This document shows positions 12,164 to 25,708 of a stretch of 64,000 nucleotides of DNA, piece by piece. The stretch is from Squalus acanthias (lineage: Eukaryota), in assembly GCA_030390025.1 (NCBI GenBank), contig CM059433.1, forward strand, positions 1,860,001 to 1,924,000, read 5' to 3'. The position numbers and the translations under genes were made by a program. The first letter of the stretch is position 1, and every line of letters begins with the position of its first letter. The notes below the pieces were generated by a model, which ran no database searches, was not told the origin of the DNA, and saw nothing but the letters and a program-made list of their open reading frames with translations.

Positions 12164-12805
12164 TGTCATTAGTGGGAAGTCACTATCCAGCAGATGTAAG
12201 AATAAAGAGCTTGGCTTGGGGTTCAGGGAGATATTTTGCAGAATTATTCCTTAGCTGACTGAGAAAGGGGAATAGAATCCATGATGGGGATGATTGTACA
12301 AGATCTGTTAATCCAATGAGCTTGATGTGACAAATGACTTTTTCTTATTTCATATTTTCTTAAGGTACATTTACATCTCCGCAGTACAATTATTCCTCCT
12401 ATTGTAAACAGGCCGCCCCACCTGAGCTGAATGGATGGTTGGTTCGATGAAGCTGTTGTCAGCTTTAAGGGTATCTATTCCACATGAGGAGTTGGGTCAG
12501 CACGTGGCAAACAACAGACATTGGTCACATTGAGAAAAGTTCTTCCTTTCAGTTATAAGATGAATTTTTTTTTAATAAATTGCGGGCAAGAGAAATACGA
12601 AAAAGTTGAGATATTGCAACTGGAACTATTCATGGGCATTTTCCTGCAGAAAGCCCTTGTAAATATTTATTGCCCAAAAGTTGCTGCAACCGGTCAACGG
12701 ACGGCGCCCACCGTTAGTTAGACTTGCCGTTACCTGTTGAAATCGGCATGATATTTTGTGTGGCAAGTTGCAGGAAGTGCGAGATGGAAAGAGCGCGGCG
12801 CCCTC

Positions 12806-13070
12806 TACAGGGCATCTGGGACCTGAGTGAACAGGACAAGCAACTGTGTATCTCCTTAACCAATCAGATTGAAGGATTGTGAAATTAACAGTGCGTGGTC
12901 TGAACAAGGAAGTGTAAGTTAAAATAGTAAATTCAATGTCAAATCAGCTACAGAAAAAGAAATAAAGCGAGGGAAAGAAAGATTGGATTAAGAGAGAGAG
13001 AAAAAAGAGACAGAAAGAAATAGGTTAAAAAAAATTTTTTTAAATAAAATCTCCAACAATTAAAACCTGT
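12806..13070 (+). repeat. Interspersed repeat fragment, also present at about 39039-39276
   Basis: Both share ACAGGGCATCTGGGACCTGAGTGAACAGG...CCAATCAGATTGAAGG...CAACAATTAAAACCTG. Confidence 0.8.
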
Positions 13071-14600
13071 GGCCAGAATTTTGCCGGCGCTCAGAGGGCG
13101 GGTTCAGAGGCGGGTCCGCTGTCAAAATCAAAAAGATTGACAGCGGGGCGGTATCCCGCTCTGAACCCGCCTCCGTGTGAGTTTCCCGAGTGCCGGCTCT
13201 GCCGGCGTCTCGCAGACACGGCACTCAGCGGCGGGTCAGGCAATTCAGATAGTTGAGAGAGTGTTTAAAGCAATTGAATCAGCATTTTACCAGGTACAAA
13301 CCATTTCCCCAAGTTTTCCACCAGGTTCACGTCGCTCGGGGTTCACGCCAGGTAAGTGTGTCGGGTTTTAAACAACTCTCCATTTCTGTGAATAGGTGAC
13401 AGCTGCAAAAGTTGTATAAAAGCTACCATTTCACAGCTGGTCCACCTTAGAGGCTGGAGCCTTCAGGATTTGGAATACACTTTTCAGCTTTATGGAGGTT
13501 TGAAGTGTTTGGAGCAAACTCTCTATCCACTGTCACCTCCTTGGAGCAACCTCTCCCACCATTGACAGATCGCTTCTGTCATCTCAACTTCAGCTGCCAT
13601 CTATTCCAGCAGCATCGGTGCCCTTGAAACAATCTCACCTTGGTCCTCTGAATCTCACCATGATCAGCCCCAACAACAGCAGCACCAACAACAGCACCAA
13701 CCTTCTCCGCAATCAACTGATGCTGCACAGGACACAGGGCATCAGCAGCCGACCACATTGCTGCCCGGGAGGCCAGGGATGGCCTCGCCATGGGCAGATT
13801 TACTTCACTTGACACTGTACACCCTGGCTGCCACGTGATGCGCCAGGTTGGCACCACCCCACACCAGCATCCCTACAATGCCCAAGCCATTCCTTTCACA
13901 CTCATCACCATTGCGGGGGGTACCGTTATGTCTCACCATTCACTGCAACTCACTAAGCCACTTCCAAAGGTGCACACAAATCTGTCTAAGAACGCAAAGT
14001 GTTGAAAATAAAGATTTAATTGTTTGACAACACATTAACAGAAACTTTACATGAACATTGGCGATAACACCCAAGTGCCTACCCTTGTGTGTTGTTAGTT
14101 GGTATGATTGGACTAGGATGAGGGTGAGTGTGAGGGGTGGCTAGTGAGATAGGGCCCTCCTGTGCAATGTGCAACCAGGCTGCATTGGTGTCCTGGGGAG
14201 GTCTCTTCCGCCCATTGGAAGGGAAGGGGACCTCCCTGCGTGCTGTGACTCCCTCCATAAGCATATAGAGGGAGTCATGGGAGAGCCTGGGTGCAGCTGT
14301 GCACCTTTGTGCAGTGATTGTCAGTGTTTGCAGCACCTCAATGCTGTAGAACACTGACAGCACAAATGTCAAAATGAATGTGGACATGGCCCCTTTAAGG
14401 AAACCGGCTGATGACGCGTCATCAAATGACGTCATCAGACCCGCTTCCTATTAATTGGCTGGGAACCTCGCAGGGCGGGGCTTAACAAGCCCCATCAATG
14501 GAATATCTTGTTGGAGGCCGGGATCGACACAGATGCAAGGTCCCCACACGCCACGAACGTCACCCGCCCCGGACACGGCGAGGTTGGAAAAATCCAGCCC
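13071..14600 (+). mobile_element. Internally deleted Harbinger-like element
   Basis: Imperfect TIRs GGCCAGAATTTTGCC / GGAAAAATCCAGCCC. Minus-strand Myb/SANT remnant (APRLSHDSLYMLMEGV...WLHIAQE) resembles ORF2 exon 1 of the other Harbingers. Confidence 0.65.
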
Positions 14601-14757
14601 AGTAAGTCTGGTTCTCAAACAGCAGAATTCTACCTGTCACTTTGACATAATCAGGCCTCCACTAATACTAGCATCCAACACCAAAATAATTGGGACAGAG
14701 CAGTGCACAGAGGCCACTCCCCCAAGCTAGGAATAAGAAAAACTCTGCAATATAAAA

Positions 14758-15573
14758 GGGGGTAAAACACACGGAAGGCGTTAACAGCGCCGCGCCTAGG
14801 TGCTAGCTGATTTGCGCCCCATTAGTGCTAAAACTTTAAAAGTTGAAAAATTAGCGCCAGGAGCTAATCATTCTCACCTCCCGCGAAATTGAGTTTTAGC
14901 GCTCCAAGAGGGAAGTGGAGCGCGAAATCAAGCGTTAACCACTTCTCTTAGGGCGCTAAAGTCCGAGAGCGGGGCGGTAGCGGCAGAGCGCTAAACAATT
15001 TCGAGCACGTTGTAAACGGCACTCTTTCATCACAGAGGCTGCTTCCCTCGCTTTAAGGGAAGGGCCATTGATGCTGCAGAAGTGAGTTATCATCAGTTCT
15101 GTTTCACAAGGCGACCTGGGCGACTGCCAGTACAGCCCCAAATACTCTCACAAAGTGGAGGGCTTGGACATCTCGCACCAATGAAACATTAAAAGCTTTG
15201 CGCAGGCACCAGACTGGTGCAAATAATAACTGTTGCGCGAGCTGAAAAGCATTCCCTTTAATGACTGCTCCCGCAGTGGCCGGCCGAGTTCACAACGCCT
15301 CCTCTCGCTGGCGTTGTCGGCGCGAGGCGATACAGCAGGGGGCGAGAGTCAATTTTCCATCCGGGGCAATAACAGAGCGCTGTGCACTTTATGACATCAC
15401 GATCTGCGAGGTGCTAGAGGCCCAGGCGCTAAGAGTTAGCGCCAGTGCTAAACCGGCACTGAGGTTCGCGGGCGTCGCTGCATTCGCCGCGCCCGGGCAC
15501 GAACCCCTTAGCGCCCCATTAGTGCCCCCAACAGGCGCTAACGGGAGGCGCTAACATACCGAATTTCGCGGCC
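14758..15573 (-). mobile_element. Older Harbinger-type MITE
   Basis: End CCCCATTAG...AGGCGCTAACGGGAGGCGC...GAATTTCGCGGCC resembles the terminus of the 893-bp MITE; rich in TTAGCGC motifs. Left boundary approximate. Confidence 0.6.
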
Positions 15574-15610
15574 TGTAGTTCTTATGGTATCATCAGTATC
15601 TAGACACATG

Positions 15611-16503
15611 GGGGGAAAAATTAGGTCGCGCCCCATTTGGGGCGCAAATACCGTCTGGACGCAAATATTAGCGCCTGGCGCTAATTATCGGCACTGACTG
15701 GAAACTTCACTTTTACCGCCCCGGGAGGTGAGTGGAGCGCTAAATCAGGCGCTGCACACCTGTCTTAAGGCGCAAAGGCCAAGGAGTGAGGCGCTAACTC
15801 AGAGCGCTGGCGAAGCTCCTGTAATGTCAGTCAGCAATGGAACACACACACAATGGCACGGGCCAGTTCTTAAAGGGGATGGTTAATCTTGCTTTCCATC
15901 CACATCCTGTTCATTGCAGCCTTGAATCTCGGCCTGGAGAGACTTGCACATCAAATGTGCTGGAAAGAACAATGGAGAGTACCAGGCAAAGAGCTCAGAG
16001 TGCAGCTCCCACAGTCTCTGCTAAATCGATACAAGGAATGGCAAATCAAAATGAACCTGCAAAGTGCTGCTCAGTACCCAAAACTCCTTCACACAACGTT
16101 GAATCTCTCCAGAAGTCTCTCCCTCTCTCTCTCAGAATGCGTAGTTCAAAAATGCCACCAACAATAAAAGACAGGAAGAGGCCCCCTTTAAATAGCGCCC
16201 CCCCCAGCCCCACAGCGATTGATAGCGTTCCAGTCTTCTGGTCGTTGGATGCGCCAGGCGGTAAGGCAGGGGGCGCCACTCAATTTCCGCTCCGGGGCGC
16301 CACAAGGGCGTTGCACCATGGAATGACGTCACAATCTGCGCGCGCAGGTGGTCGCAGCGGTAAAGTTTAGCGCCGCCGCACAATCTCTAGTTAAGTTCCC
16401 GAGCGGCGCAAACATCGCTGCGCCCGGGCGTTAGCGGCTTTGCGCCCCATTAGCGCCCTCTTAAGGCGCTAACGGGAGGCGCAACCAACTGAATTTTTAC
16501 CCC
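15611..16503 (-). mobile_element. Non-autonomous Harbinger-1 derivative (MITE), copy 1
   Basis: Near-identical reverse complement of 30889-31782 and 42701-43593; 12-bp TIRs; flanks ATG/CTG are an imperfect TSD. Confidence 0.92.
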
Positions 16504-18696
16504 CTGGTCTATTTCTCATTAAGAAAGAAAAGATAGATTTATCTTTAATGTTAAATAACAGAAATACATTTCTCAATCCAGTAGAAACAATAGATATTGC
16601 CTTTGCAAAGTGAGCATTAGTTACCAGGAATAACTTTGCAAAGTGTGAAATTTTTAAGAACACTGAAATGCTCTGACCCTAATTACTGAATATGGAGTTA
16701 GGATCAATAATCATAGCCTGTGCTTCAAGTTAAAATAAGAGACATCCAACTATTGCAGATGGGCTTCTTGCTACTCTGTTCTGTTTACTGTCATAAAATG
16801 GTAGGCCAGGGTCGCACGATTGTGAGAACTATTGCAGTTTGTTGTTGAAAATTGAAATAAAACAGCTGAGCTTTGATCTCATGATTTATGTTCCCGCCTT
16901 TACCACAAATGGACAGTGATCTTTAGTCGGAGATGTTTTGATTTCTCAAGGATTTTGGAAGGACAGAGTGGTGTTACTACAGACAGAAAGATACTGTCAG
17001 ATTTTACACATTTCCCTAGACAACCATGAATATTTAACATTAGATAACACAGTAATAATACCAGTTATAGGGATTGTTGGGAGAGACAGCTCAGTGATGA
17101 ACTATTGAATCATATAGGTGTGTGTGTGTGTTTTAAAAAGGAATTATTCTGATTATTTTCACCCTTTCTTTTTCTTGGGCTCCCCCACCAAGCAGCCTCG
17201 TCCAGAGGATGGGCAGGTGACCGGCTCCCAACCCTCTGCTAATATCACTCGTACCAGCTGAGGGAAGGTGCGGGAGAGTGGCGCAGGGTGACACTTCCTC
17301 TGATTTTCATGTCATTCCCTGTGAGGAAGTGCGCGGCTCCTGTTTGTAACCATCCTACAGCGGTATGGCTAAGGTTAAGAGTTTGTTGTGTTGGCCACAA
17401 GCACATGTGGCCACACCATTTTTTGGGAAATACTTAATTTCTTCTTGGTGCCATCCCAGTGTTTAAATTGCTACCTCTGTGGGGAGGAAGAATACTTGCC
17501 GGTTGGTCCCCTCTGACTTATGCTGCTGCTCTTAGTCATGTTTTTGTCAGTGGATGCCTGAGGCTCATCACTGTAAACTTCACAGCCAGAATTTATTCCA
17601 TCTTGTCAGCTCTGGGTAACTTGTGTTTTAGTTTCAACAACACGTTTTATATCATCACTGGGAATATTGTGTAATTCAGTAACAATTCATTACTTCATAT
17701 CATGGCTGTAAATAACAATTTCCAACACTTCTTTTCACATACAGACAACAAAATATATTCAAACACCAGTCAGAGCTTGGGGGGAATTATATGCCATCAC
17801 ACCCAAAATACTGTTCAACACTCGACAAATAAACAGCAGATGAGACACTCAAATTATCACAAATATAGTCAAACATCTTCAATTCCTATTTCAGAAAAAT
17901 AAACCCAAGGAGGAGGAAGAATCGGGGAGAATAATACGCACAGCATTGCATCAATGTGCTAACCGTTGGAGCACTGGGACAAATATGGTGTCCGAATAAT
18001 AATCCTTGCATTGATTAAGAGCCAATCATACAATATGTGTCTCAGGTGCTTCACAGGCAGCTTTTGAAGTGTATGAGGGACATTTACACTTGAACATATT
18101 ATTTCAACAGCGGCTGAACTTAACCCCAGAGATGGTACGAATGTGCAATAAATATCCTGCTCGCTTTCATCATGAGGACTTTTGTGTGGTTTTTATGGTC
18201 GGAGACAACATTCCTGTATTGGGGAAAAATCCAACCATGTTGATGAATAATTGGTTGTGAAGTTTGCAAATAAAATGTTGACATATTTTTAAAATAATGA
18301 AGAGCCTCAGGTTATTAGTGAGAACCCAGACAAGGATTTTAACATCTGTAGGTGTTACTGTCTCAGTACACAAATCTGGGCTGCCATTCTTACTCTTAAA
18401 TCCTCGTGTGAATGTATGATGGCCCAAGATGTCAGAGAGGGCGAGGCCAAGGGGAGGAATTTCCCACTGTGGGAGTTTCCTCAGCCCCAGCCTCCCTTCT
18501 ACCCAGTAACACGGACACCAGGATGAATCTAACTTGCAAGTTGCTGAACCAGTCGAAGTGGGGCCCACCTGGGGAAGTCCAGGTTTGGATCCTGGCATGG
18601 GCAGCTTTGAAAATGTCTAAACCATGAGTGATAACAGTCCAAGGATCAATTGGGCACAAGGGTAAATGTCATTCATGCCAGTGGCACTAGTTAACT

Positions 18697-20423
18697 CTTC
18701 TTCTTCTTCTTAGGCAGTCCCTCGGAACCGAGGATGACTTGCTTCCACATTAAAAATGAGTTCTCAGGTGACTGATGAGTCTAATGCAGGACCTACAGTC
18801 TCTGTCACAGGTGGGACAGACGATGGTTGAAGGGGCGGGTGGGTGGGGTGCTTGGGTTGACGTGCGCTCCTTGCGCTGTTTGCGCTTGGCTTCCGCTTGC
18901 TCCCGGCGAAGAGACTCGAGGTGTTCGGCGCCTTCCCGGGTGCTTCTCCTCCACTTTGTGCGGTCTTGGGCCAGGGATTCCCAGGTGTCGGGGGGGATGT
19001 TGCACTTTTTCAAGGAGGCTTTGAGGGTGTCCTTGAAGCATTTCCTCTGCCCACCTGGGGCTCTCTTGCCGTGTCGGAGCTCCGAGTAGAGCGCTTGTTT
19101 TGGGAGTCTCGTATCGGGCATGCGGACGATGTGACCCGTCCATCAGAGCTGATCAAGCGAGGTCAAAGCTTCGATGCTGGGGATGTTGGCCTGAGCGAGA
19201 ACACTGACGTTGGTGCGCCTATCCTGCCAATGGATTTGCAGGATATTGCGAAGGCAGCGTTGGTGGTACCTCTCCAGTGCTTTGAGGTGCCTGCTGTACA
19301 TGGTCCATGTCTCTGAGGCATACAGCAGGGCGGGTATCACTGCTGCTCTGTAGACCATGAGCTTAGTGCCGGGTTTGAGGTCCTGGTCTTCAAACACTCT
19401 CTTCCTCAGGCGACCGAAGGCTACACTCGCACACTGAAGGCGGTGTTGAACTTCGTCATCGACGTCTGCCCTTGTTGACAGTAGGCTCTCGAGGTATGGA
19501 AAGTGGTCCACGTTGTCCAAGGTCTTGTCGTGGATTTTGATAATCGGGAGGCAGTACTGTGTGGCGGGGGCAGGTTGGTAGAGGACCTTTGTCTTACGGA
19601 TGTTTAATGTAAGGCCCATGCTCTCGTACACTTCGGTGAAGGTGTTGACGATGGTTTGGAGTCAGACCTCCGAGTGAGCACAGACGCAAGCGTCGTCTGC
19701 ATACTGTAATTCGACGACAGAGGATGGGACGACCTTGGATCTGGACTGGAGGCGACAGAGGTTGAACAGTTTCCCGTTTGTTCTGTAGATTAGCTCCACT
19801 CCAGCGGGGAGCTTACTGAGGGTGAGATGGAGCATTGCAGCAAGGAAGATCGAGAAGAGCGTTGGTGCGATGACACAGCCTTGCTTGACCCCGGTCCGTA
19901 CATGAATTGGGTCTGTGGTGGAACCGTTGGTCAGGATCACAGCTTGCATGTCGTCGTTAAGCAGGCGGAGGATGGTGACAAACTTTTGAGGGCAGCCGAA
20001 TTTGAGGAGGACACTCCATAATCCCGCACGGTTGACGGTGTCAAAGGCCTTTGTGAGATCAAAGAAGGCAATGTACAGCGGTTGGTGCTGTTCCCTGCAT
20101 TTCTCTTGTAATTGACGTGCGGTGAAGATCATGTCCATTGTGTCCCTTAGTGGGCGGAATCCGCATTGCGACTCTGGGAGGAGCTCTTTGGCCACTGGGA
20201 GAAGGCGATTGAGGAGGATTCTTGCGATGACTTTCCCTGTGGCAGACAGCAGGAAACTCCTCTGTAATTACCGCAATTTGACTTGTCACAATTACTGCGT
20301 CTCTGAGAACCCCTGGCATGCTCTCCTCCTTCCAAATAAGAGAAATGAGTTCATGAATTGCGCCAGTAGTGCTTCTCCGCCATGCTTTAGTGCCTCAGCA
20401 GGGATTCCATCTGCTCCAGTGGC
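18697..20423 (-). mobile_element. RTE-clade LINE, 5'-truncated
   Basis: PESQCGFR, FFDLTKAFD, GVKQGC and QYADD motifs; (AAG)n tail; 19-bp TSD CCAGTGGCACTAGTTAACT at 18678-18696 and 20416-20434. Confidence 0.93.
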
Positions 20424-20786
20424 ACTAGTTAACTATCGAGTGGTTTGCCAGCAACTGCACCTCTCCAATTGTGGCTGCCTCAAATGCATCACTTTTGCAC
20501 ACATGCCAACCAATGGCATGCTAATTACTTGACACTGCCTTGACCCCAGATACTCTGGTGGAGTTAGGAGCAGAGGTCACTGGCACTCGATCTGCTGCAT
20601 TATGTCGATGCAGCTGGTCTGAGGATTTTCTTCCCCACTGTATTTTGTTTGTGCAAAGGTTCGTGGAACCGAGCAGCCCGCTGTTACCTTACTCTAGTGA
20701 CAATCCCTCATGTATGAGCCTAGACAGTGAGTGTTGGCAGGCTGTGGGTGGTAGCTCAGCACAATCCTGCTCTGACCCAAAGGCTA

Positions 20787-21560
20787 CACACACACGTGCG
20801 CACAAAAGCACACACATCCACACACACACTTACACACACGCACACACACACAGACACACACACACACACACATACACAGACACACACACACACACAGACA
20901 CACAGACACACACACACAGACACACACACACACAGACACACACACACACACAGACACACACACACAGACACACACACACAGACACACACAGACACACACA
21001 CACACACAGACACACACACACACACAGACACACACACACAGACACACACACACACACAGACACACACACACACACAGACACACACACACAGACACACACA
21101 GACACACACACACACACACAGACATGCACACACACGCAGACACATCAACACACACACACACGCAGACACGCATCCACACACACACATACACACACTCGCA
21201 CACACATCAACACACACACACACGCATACACACGCAGACACGCATACACACACATCCATACACACAGACACGCATACACATGCACACACACACGCAGACA
21301 CGCATACACACAGACACACACGCATACACACAAACACATCCATACATACACAGACACGCATACACATACACACACGCATCCACACACGCACGCATCCACA
21401 CACGCACGCATCCACACACACACACGCATCCACACACACAGACACACACACACACAAAAGTACACATGTATACACACACACACACGCATACACATACATA
21501 CATGCACAGAAACACGCACACGTGCTGAAGCACACACGCATAAACACACACACACACATG
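20787..21560. repeat. Compound (CA)n microsatellite
   Basis: CA runs punctuated by GA, CG and TA. Confidence 0.98.
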
Positions 21561-21901
21561 AACACATTTCCAAAGAGTGGCAACCGTGGCTGTTTTTTAT
21601 CCTTTTCCAGCCCAGTGGCCCAGAGGCCTATGTAGTGCCCCTATTGCCACATTAGTTGAGACTATCTAACTCGCCTTAGACTGGGGATAGAACCTGGGAT
21701 CTTCCTGGTCTGTGTAGCTCAGCACCAAACAAGGTGTTTGAATTACCCACCACAAAAACATTAAGGGAACTAACTTTCTCATTTTTAACTTGCAGTAGTT
21801 GTTAAAATATTTCTCTGTTTCTGGTCATATTAACTACCGCAGGGAGAGGGAGAAATCAATTCCTGTAATATCAGATTCACTAACAAATATACTTAAATAT
21901 G

Positions 21902-22030
21902 CTCCCTAACAGCACTGTGGGAGCACATTCACCACACGGACTGCAGCGGTTCAAGAAGAAGGCTCACCATCAAGGGCAACTAGGGATGGGCAATAAATAC
22001 CGGCCTTGCCAGCGACGCCCACATCCTGAG
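21902..22030 (+). mobile_element. 3' tail of the second CR1/L2-group LINE family (B)
   Basis: Matches 56310-56450 and the reverse complement of 28125-28260. Confidence 0.8.
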
Positions 22031-22122
22031 AATTTATTTTTAAAAACTTGCATTTTTGTTTCTCCAGCATTAGATCATACAGGTAAAGAAGTCGGGAGTC
22101 CTCAAACTGTTACAAAGAGTTT

Positions 22123-22866
22123 GGGCCGAAAATTGATCCCGGGACGCGAGAGTACGCACTGCGTACTCTCGCGTATTCCCACTCCAATTGCCGGTTTTCT
22201 GCATGCCCTGCGCATGCGCTGAAAACCGGCAATTGCTCTTCTGAAAAGGGGGCGGGTCCTGGGTGCATCGCGTGCGCGCTACAGGCTGCGCGCACGCTGT
22301 GCACTTCATGCTTTGGACGCGCAGGTAAGTAGGGAAGATTTGGGAAATGTAAAAAGGAGGAGTAAGACCCGCTTTTAAGAAGGTAAGTAGTGAATTAAGT
22401 ATTTTTTTGAATTTTTTTTTACAGGTATATCTTTTTTAGAGACTTTAAAGACAGGTAAGTTTATTTTTATAACTTTTTAAAAGATTTTAAATTTTTTCAA
22501 AAATTTAATTTTTTATTTAAAATGGTTAATTTAATTAACTATACTTATTTTATTAATGTGATGGGTATTTTTTTTAATTTAATTGAGGTTTAGCTGTTAT
22601 TTTGGGGGGGTGTAAGATTCATAGATTTCACAGCAGGTCTGTGAAACTTATGAATGGAAGATGGTGTGCTGCCATTGGCTCTAACTGAGTCACGTGATCC
22701 CACAGCTCGCATGAATTCACTACGCCGCTGGGATACGCAAGCCCAGCACAGCTGATGTCTGGAACATCAAGTTCGTGCGAGCTGGATCTGAAAAAGCACA
22801 AGCGAGGTGAGACATCGCGGGGAAGGCTTACCCCCGCGGGAACAGAGCGAGATCAATTTCTGGGCC
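22123..22866. mobile_element. MITE with Harbinger-like TIRs
   Basis: GGGCCGAAAATTGATC / GATCAATTTCTGGGCC; CpG-rich ends and AT-rich core. Confidence 0.7.
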
Positions 22867-24084
22867 ATAATATTTTGATGTTGTTCAGGAGCTCTGAGCT
22901 TAGTTTATCTGCAAAAGTGCAAACACACCAAAGGGTACTGTAAGGATTTTAAGAGTCTCAAATGTTGGATTATTAAAATCAATACTGTAGCCATAATCAA
23001 AGTTTCACCCCACTGATGAACAATACCGCCTCATAGAGAAACATATCTTTTTTCTCACTGTTGGAGTTACCTTTTACTGATTGGCTCTCATTCTTATCTA
23101 TACTGGATTGGCACTCACTCTTATCTTGATGTTGGATCAAAAGACATATATAGCATTTTATACGGGCCTGCATCCTTGTGAAGCTGACATGCTCTCATCA
23201 TTTAACGTCTTACTACCATCAATTCAAGCAGGCTGGACAATTGCAAAGCCCGCTCCCCTCCCCTCCCCACCACCACCACACACATGTACATAACTCACAA
23301 GTTCGTGACATTTTAAACATTTTCAAAGAAATCCAGATGGATGAAACTTAAATCTATAATCTGAACTTTAGTTTAAAAAAAAACAGTAGTCATGCTTTTT
23401 AAAAAGACCTTAATTTTCACAGATGAAAGAAACTGAGACTGCAAAGCTATTCATCCATTGCAGCATGTGGTTGCAGTAGAGCATGTAATTCACCTGAAAT
23501 CTCAGTAGCCACTGGACAGGATCACCTTCTTACAGAGGTCTTTAAGGAGTTACTGGCGTGTAGTAAAAGCAAAAATAATAAAGGAAAGACCAACCTTCTC
23601 TCAATTTCACCGATTATAAATGTCCGTAAGGGTTTATATGCCATGAATAATTTACTCTAGTGGAGCCTGGTTCAGACTGACCTAACTTCTGTAACCTTTT
23701 ACTCACTGTGTACAATACAATCTTTCAGCACATTCTGTGTTCCTTTATTTGCTTTCAGCTCCTGACAGACCACCAGTGTGAACTCTATGTGAACAAGGAA
23801 CAGATAGATTTACCAGCATCCTCATGTAACCATGTTCATGGTCCATGGGATTGCATGATCATATTTCAGTAATGGAATTCAGGTTATGAGAGAATACCAG
23901 CTTTCATATTTAGTTCAATACTTGGCTTTAAAGTCGCAGTTTCCCCTTTTCAGTGATACGCCTGTCAATTTTAGGTCAGTTTCATGGGTCAAGTTCACAT
24001 AATTAACCCTTTGAACACTACAACAGCATTTCTGCTAAGAACTTAAAATACAGCCATAATACAATGTCTTCGTTTATTCTGAGG

Positions 24085-24198
24085 TCACTGTGACTTATGA
24101 AGTCCTGCGACTCTCCTGATTTCTCCACAGTTATTTAGGTTCACTGAAAATGATTCTTCCAGCTGTTCACGAAGATGTGCAAAGTTGGCCTCTTCCGA
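24085..24198 (-). other. Candidate terminal coding exon of an unidentified host gene
   Basis: Acceptor TTTTTATTCTCCTCCTTATTCTCAG, open frame SEEANFAHLREQLEESFSVNLNNCGEIRRVAGLHKSQ*, and AATAAA just after the stop. No recognised homologue. Confidence 0.3.
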
Positions 24199-24399
24199 CT
24201 GAGAATAAGGAGGAGAATAAAAACATATGCAAAGCCCTCTAATCAATAAATGCAGACCCAGAAAATGGCAAGTTATAGTTAGCTAATCACAGCCACGGCA
24301 GTGGTTGGTGTACTTGGTAGCTGTACTACACATTGGTCGGTGAACTTCACATTGGTCGGATGTAGATGCAGTGAGAGAAAAGGACAGAGAAGAGGTGAT

Positions 24400-24920
24400 C
24401 CAAAACTCGGCTGCCCGTGTCCTAACTCGCACCAAGTCCCGTTCGCCCATCACCCCCTGTGCTCGCTGATCTACATTGGCTCCCGGTTAAGCAGCGCCTC
24501 GATTTCAAAATTCTCATCATTGTTTCAAATCCCTCCATGGCCTCCTCACCCTCCTCCCTATCTCTGTAATCTCCTTCAGCCCCACAACCCCCCGAGATAT
24601 CTGCGCTCCTCTAATTCTGCCCTCTTGAGCATCCCTGATGATAATCGCTCAACCATTGGTGGCCGTGCCTTCTGTTGCCTGGGCCCTAAGCTCTGGAATT
24701 CCCTGCCTAAACCTCTCCGCCTCGCTACCTCTCTTTCCTCCTTTAAGACGCTCCTTAAAACCTACCTCTTTGACCAAGCTTTTGGTCACCTGCCCTAATT
24801 TCTCCTTATGTGGCGCGGTGTCAAATTTGTTGACTTAAAATACTCCTGTGCAGCGCCTTGGGACGTTTTACTACATTAAAGGCGCTATATAAATACAAGT
24901 TGTTGTTGTTGTTGTTGTTG
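24400..24920 (+). mobile_element. L2-type LINE 3' end
   Basis: PPYL..LLQP...LRS, GGRAF...GPKLWNSLP and FKTLLKTYLF motifs; (GTT)n tail; second copy at 63500-63963. Confidence 0.88.
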
Positions 24921-25257
24921 ACGCCATTCTGATGTCCTCCCTGTTGATGCTCATTATCGTGGCTCATGCAACGTCAGCTGCTGCCAGCTGCGGAATCATA
25001 TCCCAGCAGAGAGCTGAGTAAACGGCTAAAGGATGGGGTAATAGAACACGAATAATGTGCTGACTATAGAGTACAATAATGTTCTCCTATTACTTTCATT
25101 CTTGCATAAAAAGATCTCAACCAGTGCCACCTGTCATCATGGTTTATTACTTCAGCCTAGAATTTACACTGAGAAAATGTTAGTGTACAAACTCATTCCT
25201 ATGAAATTACTTTGTATGCTATTTCATCCATTTAAAATAAACAGATAAACTACTCTC

Positions 25258-25680
25258 ACACAAAAGCAAAATAATGCAAATGCTGGAAATCTGAAATAAA
25301 AACAGAAAATGCTGGAAATACTCAGCAGGTCAGGCAGCATCTGTGGAGAGAGAAACAGAGTTAAACGTTTCAGGTCGATGACCCTTCGTCAGAACTGGAA
25401 AAAGTTGGAGATGGAACAGGTTTTTAAGCAAGGGGGAGGGGCAGGGAGAGGGGGGAGGGGAGGAAAGAACAAAAGGGAAGGTCTGTGATAGGATGGAAGG
25501 CAGGAGAGATTAAGAGACAAAAGGGATGATGGTGCAAGGCAAAAGGAGATGGTAATGGGTCAGGTTAAGAAACAAAAGATGACTCTAGATGAAGTCTAAA
25601 TGGTAATGGCAGAATGATCGACAGCTGCCATGTGAGAAAGAGAAAAAAAATGATAGGGGCCGAGGTTATGATCTGAGTTA
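25258..25680 (-). mobile_element. Penelope family B 3'/pLTR fragment
   Basis: Homologous to 47330-47560 and to the reverse complement of 48560-48730 plus 55252-55510. Confidence 0.8.
25359..25398 (-). ncRNA. Hammerhead ribozyme motif (Penelope B)
   Basis: Reverse complement reads CCAGTT-CTGACGA-AGGGTCATCGACCT-GAAA-CGTTTAACT. Confidence 0.6.
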
Positions 25681-25708
25681 GCAAATCTAGTGAATGCAAT
25701 AAGCATTT

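Noticed and set aside
11885..12254. Repetitive ORFs (AEQARGAVWRSRLEG)
   Set aside because: Translations of the 26-bp tandem repeat.
15837..16370. 177-aa ORF repeated three times (also 31022-31555 and 42834-43367)
   Set aside because: It lies in young MITE copies, runs through subterminal motifs and has no recognisable domain; it is shared because the copies are recent.
20540..21655. Long His/Thr and Cys/Val ORFs
   Set aside because: Translations of a (CA)n microsatellite.
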